From Thermoanaerobaculia bacterium (lineage in GTDB: Bacteria; Acidobacteriota; Thermoanaerobaculia; Multivoradales; UBA5704), in NCBI GenBank assembly GCA_044226625.1, contig JBGAGQ010000012.1, positions 32,001 to 96,000 on the forward strand: a DNA stretch of 64,000 bases, read 5' to 3'. Positions 58,279 to 64,000 of the stretch are shown one piece after another. The notes beneath the pieces were generated by a model that was given only the letters and a program-made list of their open reading frames with translations, did no database searches and was not told the origin of the DNA. Position 1 is the first letter of the stretch. Every line of letters begins with the position of its first letter. The position numbers and the translations under genes are program-made.

Positions 58279-59403
58279 TTAGGCGCGAGCCCCTTCGCCC
58301 CGGCCCGGCGGCGTAGAGGCCCCCGGTACCGCAGCCGGTCCGCGGTTGATGATCTCCTGCAGCTCGTCGGCGTGGGACGAGCGGGCGAGGGCGGTCTGCA
58401 AACTGATCAGCCGCTTGAAGTAGAGCGTGGCGAGCGACTGGTTGAAGGTCTGCATGCCGTGCTTGGCCTGCCCCGCCTGCATCATGCCGTAGATCTGGTG
58501 CACCTTGTCCTCGCGGATCAGGTTGCGGATCGCCGAGGTCGGCACCAGGATCTCCATCGCGAGCGCCCGCCCTTTGCCCGTGGCGCGCGGCAGGAGCGAC
58601 TGACAGAGGATTCCCTCGAGGACGAACGAAAGCTGCACCCGGATCTGCCCTTGTTGATGGGCGGGGAACATGTCGATGATCCGGTTGATCGTCTGAGCCG
58701 CGGAGTTGGTGTGCAGGGTAGCGAACGTCAAGTGGCCGGTTTCGGCGATGCGGAGCGCCGCCTCGACCGTCTCCAGGTCGCGCATCTCGCCGATCAGGAC
58801 GACGTCCGGATCCTGGCGCAACGCCGAGCGCAGGGCGTTCGAGAAGCTGTGCGTGTCGGCGTGCAGCTCGCGCTGGTTGACGATGCACTTCTTGTGGCTA
58901 TGGAGGTACTCGACCGGGTCCTCGATCGTGACGATGTGCTCGTGGCGCTCGCGGTTGACTTTGTCGAGCATCGACGCGAGCGTGGTCGTCTTGCCCGAGC
59001 CGGTCGGGCCGGTGACGAGGATCAAGCCGCGCGGCTTCTCGCACAGCGCCTCGACCACGGGCGGCAGGCCCAGGTCGCGGAAGGTCTTGATCTCGAACGG
59101 AATCTGCCGGAAGGCGGCGGCGATCGCGCCGCGCTGGTGGAACACGTTGGCCCGAAACCGCGCGAGACCTTTGATCCCGAACGAGAAGTCGATCTCCAGG
59201 TTCTCTTCCAGCCGGTGCTTCTGGGTATCCGTGAGGATCGAGTAGGCGAGCTGCTTCGTCTCCGTCGGCGTCATCGGCGGCAGGTTGAGCGGTTTGAGGA
59301 CGCCGTCCACCCGAACCTGCGGGGGCGAGTTCGTCGTGACGTGGAGGTCGGAGCCTCCCTGCTCGACCATCGATTTGAGCAGTTGAGTCAAACCCGGCGG
59401 CAT
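58279..59403 (-). CDS. pilT: Type IV pilus retraction ATPase
   Basis: GPTGSGKTTT, TIEDPVE, LRQDPD, AETGH, TLHTN and AIRNLIRE. Confidence 0.97.
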   Translation of the reverse strand: MPPGLTQLLKSMVEQGGSDLHVTTNSPPQVRVDGVLKPLNLPPMTPTETKQLAYSILTDTQKHRLEENLEIDFSFGIKGLARFRANVFHQRGAIAAAFRQIPFEIKTFRDLGLPPVVEALCEKPRGLILVTGPTGSGKTTTLASMLDKVNRERHEHIVTIEDPVEYLHSHKKCIVNQRELHADTHSFSNALRSALRQDPDVVLIGEMRDLETVEAALRIAETGHLTFATLHTNSAAQTINRIIDMFPAHQQGQIRVQLSFVLEGILCQSLLPRATGKGRALAMEILVPTSAIRNLIREDKVHQIYGMMQAGQAKHGMQTFNQSLATLYFKRLISLQTALARSSHADELQEIINRGPAAVPGASTPPGRGEGARA

Positions 59404-59529
59404 ATCAGCGCAACTCCTTCGATCCTAAGACTTACGCGTTCCAAGCGAGGAGATCAGGTGGGGGGATTCTACACCATTCAGAAGATCGACCAAAGAGAAT
59501 AAGTTCGCCGTTCCCGTTCGCCCTCGGGC

Positions 59530-59657
59530 AGGCTGCTCGAAAACTCTCCTCCCGTCGCGGAGTTCCCGAAGACGACACCGAGTCCTGTTCGAGCGAAGCG
59601 AGTTACGAGGGGCGCCCGCAGGGAATCTCCTGCGACGAAGGGGTTTTAGAGCAGCCT
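59530..59657. mobile_element. ~128-bp MITE-like element with terminal inverted repeats
   Basis: AGGCTGCTCGAAAAC ... GTTTTAGAGCAGCCT, with 14 of 15 bases complementary. Confidence 0.7.
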
Positions 59658-59677
59658 TCTAGTATCGTTGCCGTTCC

Positions 59678-61573
59678 GTGGCCGACGATCCCAACGCCGA
59701 AGAGGCGATCGAAAAATCGTACGACTCGCGGCTGATGCGGCGGCTGCTGGCCTACGTCCGCCCCTACCGCGGCATGACGGCCGCCGCGGTGGCGCTGATT
59801 CTCGGCGGCTCGCTCCTGCAGTTGATCGGCCCGCTCGCGACCGCGGTGGCGATCGACCTTTTCATACGCCCTCCGGGCACCGCGGGCGGAATCTCGCCGG
59901 TCGCGACGGCCGTCGGCGATCAGCTCCAGAAGGTCGGCGTCGACCCGTCCACGGTACGCGTGGAAGGGGTGGCCGCCTGCGCCGCGATCTTCCTGGCCTC
60001 GATCGTCCTCGCGTTCGCCTCTACCTATTGGCAGGGGCGGGTGATGCAGGTGATGGGGCAGTACATCATGCGCGACCTCCGGGAGCAGATCTTCCGCCAG
60101 CTCCAGCGGCTCCCGATCGCGTATTTCGACCGCAACCCCGTGGGCCGGCTGGTGACGCGCGTGACCACCGACGTCGACGCCTTGAACGAGCTCTTCGCCT
60201 CCGGGCTCGTGGCGGCGTTCGGGGATCTGGTGGTGCTCGCGGGCATCGTGTGCGTCCTGTTCTGGCTCGATTGGCGCCTGGCGCTGATCGCCTTCGCGAT
60301 CGTCCCCCTGCTGTTCCTCCTCACCTTCTGGTTCCGCTCCCGCGTGCAGCGGAGCTTCCGCGAGGTCCGGGTGAAGATCGCGAAGATCAACGCCTTCCTG
60401 CAGGAGCACATCACCGGCATGTCCGTGGTCCAGCTGTTCGGCCAGGAGGAGGAAGCCTACCGGCGGTTTGCGGTGATCAACGACGAGCATCGCGAGGCGA
60501 ACGTCCGGTCGATCTTCTATTACGCGGTGTTCTTCCCCGGCGTCGAGCTGGTGAGCACGCTCGGCCTCGGCCTGCTGCTCTGGTACGGCGGGGGCAGGGT
60601 CACCGCCGGGCTCGCCTCGGTGGGTGCCCTGGTCGCCTTCTTCCAGTACGCCCAGCGGTTCTATCAGCCGCTTTCCGATCTCGCCGAGAAATACAACATC
60701 CTGCAGGGGGCGATGGCGGCCTCGGAACGGATCTTCGAGCTGATCGACACGCCCGTGGCGATCGTCACGCCGGAAGCCGCCTACCGGCCCGACGCGGGGG
60801 CGACGACCCGGACGCGCGGGGCGATCGAGCTCGATCGGGTGACCTTCTCCTACAAACCCGGCGAACCCGTGCTCCGCGACGTGTCGTTCCGCGTCGCGCC
60901 CGGCCAGACCGTCGCGGTGGTGGGGCACACGGGGGCGGGCAAGAGCACGCTCGCCAATCTGCTGCTCCGCTTTTACGACGTCCAGGAGGGGGCGGTCAAA
61001 GTCGACGGGGTCGACGTCCGCGCCTGGGATCTTCGCGAGCTCCGGCGGAGCATCGCCCTGGTGCTTCAGGACGTCTTCCTGTTTTCCGGAGCGATCGGTT
61101 CGAACATCCGGCTCGGCGAGCCGTCGATCGACGAGGAGCGCCTCCGATGGGCGGCGCGAGAGGTGCACGCCCTCGATTTCATCGAGCGCCTGCCGCAGGG
61201 GTTCGACACTCCGGTCCAGGAGCGGGGGGCGGGTCTGTCGGTCGGCCAGAAACAGCTGGTGGCGTTCGCTCGGGCGCTCGCTTTCGATCCGCGCATCCTG
61301 ATCCTCGACGAGGCGACCTCGTCGATCGACACCGAGACCGAGCAGCGCATTCAAGCGGCGCTCGACCGGTTGCTGGTCGGCCGCACCAGCCTGGTGATCG
61401 CCCACCGGCTGTCGACGATCCAGCGGGCGGACAAGATCCTCGTCCTGCACAAAGGGGAGTTGCGCGAGCAGGGAACGCACCAGGAGCTTCTGGCCGCCCG
61501 GGGCATCTACCACCGTCTGTACAGGCTGCAATACCAGGCCCAAGAGGAAGCGCCGTCGCGCGCGGCGAGTTAA
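59678..61573 (+). CDS. ABC exporter, fused permease/ATPase (MsbA/MdlB-like)
   Basis: TM domain, GHTGAGKST, LSVGQKQ, LDEATS and IAHRLST. Confidence 0.95.
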   Translation: MADDPNAEEAIEKSYDSRLMRRLLAYVRPYRGMTAAAVALILGGSLLQLIGPLATAVAIDLFIRPPGTAGGISPVATAVGDQLQKVGVDPSTVRVEGVAACAAIFLASIVLAFASTYWQGRVMQVMGQYIMRDLREQIFRQLQRLPIAYFDRNPVGRLVTRVTTDVDALNELFASGLVAAFGDLVVLAGIVCVLFWLDWRLALIAFAIVPLLFLLTFWFRSRVQRSFREVRVKIAKINAFLQEHITGMSVVQLFGQEEEAYRRFAVINDEHREANVRSIFYYAVFFPGVELVSTLGLGLLLWYGGGRVTAGLASVGALVAFFQYAQRFYQPLSDLAEKYNILQGAMAASERIFELIDTPVAIVTPEAAYRPDAGATTRTRGAIELDRVTFSYKPGEPVLRDVSFRVAPGQTVAVVGHTGAGKSTLANLLLRFYDVQEGAVKVDGVDVRAWDLRELRRSIALVLQDVFLFSGAIGSNIRLGEPSIDEERLRWAAREVHALDFIERLPQGFDTPVQERGAGLSVGQKQLVAFARALAFDPRILILDEATSSIDTETEQRIQAALDRLLVGRTSLVIAHRLSTIQRADKILVLHKGELREQGTHQELLAARGIYHRLYRLQYQAQEEAPSRAAS

Positions 61574-61577
61574 CCGA

Positions 61578-61638
61578 CTGCTCGAAAACTCCATCGTCGC
61601 AGGGATTCCCCGCGGACTCCCCTCGTAACTCGCTTCGC
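61578..61638 (-). repeat. Partial inverted copy of the 59530 MITE
   Basis: ctgctcgaaaac...cctcgtaactcgcttcgc is the approximate reverse complement of 59593-59654. Confidence 0.7.
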
Positions 61639-61748
61639 CCCGGGCCCCTGCTCCTTGGCCCGCCCCGTCGGCTTTGCTACGATATCGGCCGGCTCCACCA
61701 ACCGCAGTCACGACCCGCTGTCACGGCGAACGGCGCCCAAACGACGAG

Positions 61749-63791
61749 ATGAGCTATCCCGGCAATCCAGCGCTTGGCAGCGACGTTCAGCAGCGAATCG
61801 TCGCAACCTTCGAACAGACGCTCGATCTCGCGATCGCCGGCAACCGGCAGGAGGCTCTCCTCGGTTGCGACTTCGTGCTCCGGATGGATTCCCACTTCGA
61901 GCCGGCACGACGGCTTCAGGAGCGGATCAAAGCCAACCCGGGACCGCTGTCCCATGAGACGTTGGCGGATTTGATGCCCGCTCCGCAGGGCCCAGGGGAC
62001 GACGATCTGGGATTCCTCCCCCATCTGGATGACCTCGGGGACGATTTGAGCGGCGACTTGGGCGGGCTGCACGGCGCGGCTGCCGCTCCGGGCGGTTTGC
62101 GCCGAGAGCTTGAGCAGCTGTTCTCGGAGAGGCGGTTCGCCGAGCTGGTCCAGCGCGCCCATCAAGAGCACGCCGCGCTCGCCGCGGATCCGACCCTCGC
62201 CCAGCTCGCGATGAGCGCGCAGGAAAAGCTCGAATCGGCGCCCTACGTCACCAAGTTCCTCGCCGCGGCCCGCGCGGCCCTGGCGGCGGGCCAGGTCGAC
62301 GAGGTCGAGCGCCATCTGGCTAAGGCTCGATCGCTCGACCCCGACAATCTGGAGCTGGACGAGATCTCCCGGGCGTTGCGGCCGGGGCCGTCGGCCGGAT
62401 CGGCGCTCGGCGACGAGGCGTCGTTCTTCACCCTGGAGCCCTCGGCGCCGTCGGTCGCTCCCGCGGCCCCACCGGCGCCGGCCCCCGCCCCGGTCTACGC
62501 CTCCGAAAGCGACCGGCGCATCGCCCAGCTGCTCGGCGAAGGGGACGCCGCGTTCGAAAGGGGCGATCCGCAGGCGGCGATCGACTCCTGGTCGCGCATC
62601 TTCCTGATCGACATCGACCACGAGGAGGCCGCCCGCCGCATCGAGCGGGCGCGGCGTCAGAAGGCGGAGAGCGAACGCCAGGTGGAAGAGATCTTCCACG
62701 ACGGGCTCTCGGCCGGCGAGGCGGGCGATCTCGCCGCGGCGCGCAAGGCGTTCGAGCGGGTGCTCGAGCTCCAGCCGACCCACCTCGCGGCGCGCGAGCA
62801 ACTCCAACTGCTCGACTCCGGCGCCCCCCCTTCGCCGCGCCCGATCTCTCTCGGCGACGACGTGCTCGAGCCGCTCCCCTCCGGCTTCGACGGTCCGCCG
62901 ACCGCGGACCTCAAAGAGGAGATCTTGGTACCGCCCGAAGGGGCGGCCGCCCAACCGAGGAGAGAGCGGAAAGAGAAGGTCGTCGCCACGGAGGCGCCGG
63001 CCGCGGCGCCGCCCAACAAGCGGAAGTTCATGATGATCGGCGCGGGCGTCCTCGTCCTGGTCCTCGCCGCCGGCTGGCTGCTCTTCCAGAACTGGGAGCG
63101 TTGGTTCCCGAACTCGGAGAGCGAGGCGCCGGTTCAGGCGTCGTCGGCCGACTCGATCGCCCGCGCGAAGAAGCTGCAGGAACAGGGGAACACGGCGATC
63201 GCGGTCGCCCAGCTCAAGCGGATCCCTCCGAGCGATCCTCTCTACGCCAAGGCGCGCGAGCTGATCAAGCAATGGGAAGCTCCGGCCGCGCCTCTCGAGG
63301 CCGCGGGCCCCACCCCGGAGCAAGCCGCCCTTCTCGAGCAGACCCTGGCCGCCGCCCGAGAGGCCTATACCTCGCGGGCGTACCTTCTCGCGGCGGAGAA
63401 ATTCAAGCAGGGAGCGGAGATCGCTCCTCTCGAGGCGACGGACGCCGAGCTGTTCGAGGATGCCAAGCGCCAGCTGGTGCCCATCGCGAGCCAGCTCCAG
63501 CTGTTCCGCGACCATCAGTGGGACGTGCTCCTGCCCGACCTTTGGCGGATGCACGAGGCGACCCCGGGTCCGGACGTCGACCGCCTGCTGATCGACAGCT
63601 ACTACAACCTCGGGATTCGCGAGCTGCAGCGGTCGAATCCGAAGGGAGCGGTCGAGAGCTTCCTCGAGGCGAAAAAGCTGGTCAAGGACGACCCGGAGCT
63701 CGAGCGCAACCTGGCGTTCGGCGAGACCTACCAGGCTCGGGACATCGACCTTCTGTATCGAATCTACGTCAAATATCTGCGGCTCAGGTGA
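61749..63791 (+). CDS. TPR-containing membrane-anchored protein
   Basis: TPR-like helices, a single TM (MMIGAGVLVLVLAAGWLLF) and C-terminal TPRs. Confidence 0.75.
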   Translation: MSYPGNPALGSDVQQRIVATFEQTLDLAIAGNRQEALLGCDFVLRMDSHFEPARRLQERIKANPGPLSHETLADLMPAPQGPGDDDLGFLPHLDDLGDDLSGDLGGLHGAAAAPGGLRRELEQLFSERRFAELVQRAHQEHAALAADPTLAQLAMSAQEKLESAPYVTKFLAAARAALAAGQVDEVERHLAKARSLDPDNLELDEISRALRPGPSAGSALGDEASFFTLEPSAPSVAPAAPPAPAPAPVYASESDRRIAQLLGEGDAAFERGDPQAAIDSWSRIFLIDIDHEEAARRIERARRQKAESERQVEEIFHDGLSAGEAGDLAAARKAFERVLELQPTHLAAREQLQLLDSGAPPSPRPISLGDDVLEPLPSGFDGPPTADLKEEILVPPEGAAAQPRRERKEKVVATEAPAAAPPNKRKFMMIGAGVLVLVLAAGWLLFQNWERWFPNSESEAPVQASSADSIARAKKLQEQGNTAIAVAQLKRIPPSDPLYAKARELIKQWEAPAAPLEAAGPTPEQAALLEQTLAAAREAYTSRAYLLAAEKFKQGAEIAPLEATDAELFEDAKRQLVPIASQLQLFRDHQWDVLLPDLWRMHEATPGPDVDRLLIDSYYNLGIRELQRSNPKGAVESFLEAKKLVKDDPELERNLAFGETYQARDIDLLYRIYVKYLRLR

Positions 63792-64000
63792 TGGCTCGCT
63801 CCGGTCGAGGATCCAAGCTCCCTCCGGACGAGCCGGTTCTTTTCGACCTTCCCCTCGGCCTGCCCGAAGGGGACGACGGGTCTGACGCGTCCGACGATTT
63901 CGTCGAAAGGGAGCCACCCCGGGCCGTCGCGAAATCGCGCGAGCGATCCGGGTCGAAAGGGGCATCCGCTTCGGTCAGGGCGAACGAGGCTCCCTCTCCC
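63791..64000 (+). CDS. 5' fragment of a gene running off the window
   Basis: TGATG coupling with the previous stop. Begins MARSGRGSKLPPDEPVLFDLPL. Confidence 0.5.
   Translation, partial: MARSGRGSKLPPDEPVLFDLPLGLPEGDDGSDASDDFVEREPPRAVAKSRERSGSKGASASVRANEAPSP

Noticed and set aside
59678-61573. ABC exporter as the dedicated RiPP transporter
   Set aside because: It has no N-terminal C39 peptidase domain and lies about 45 kb from the precursors. It looks like a generic MdlB-type exporter.

Overview
High-GC bacterial chromosomal window. The gene style suggests Acidobacteriota, probably Thermoanaerobaculia-like, which is an inference. Housekeeping and envelope blocks are: type III PKS, hybrid histidine kinase, M49 peptidase, GWxTD protein, Wzm/Wzt exporter, YfhO-like GT-C, NYN protein, amidase-GerMN-murI, S9 peptidase, UbiA/UbiX prenyltransferases, MscS, HtrA, an M16 pair, pilT-pilC-pilS-pilR and an ABC exporter. 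These flank an accessory island at about 26-45.5 kb that holds two VapBC pairs, YhcG, a broken AAA_14 gene and a SNF2 + small protein + ABC-ATPase/HEPN-like candidate defence operon. The island also holds an unusual cassette: an HTH protein, a 145-aa protein, a 12 x 20-bp palindromic array, a degenerate PCD-like protein, a secreted peptide with a duplicated GAAIDPHG motif and a zinc-finger/TPR protein. Three dispersed Cys-rich RiPP-like precursors share a KLxLxRETL leader, and no modifying enzyme is present in the window. Several REP/MITE-like palindromic elements occur. One lies inside a coding region, one truncates an antitoxin-like gene, and inverted copies flank ubiA and the ABC exporter. 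No rRNA, tRNA or CRISPR array was recognised. All calls were made by eye without database searches.
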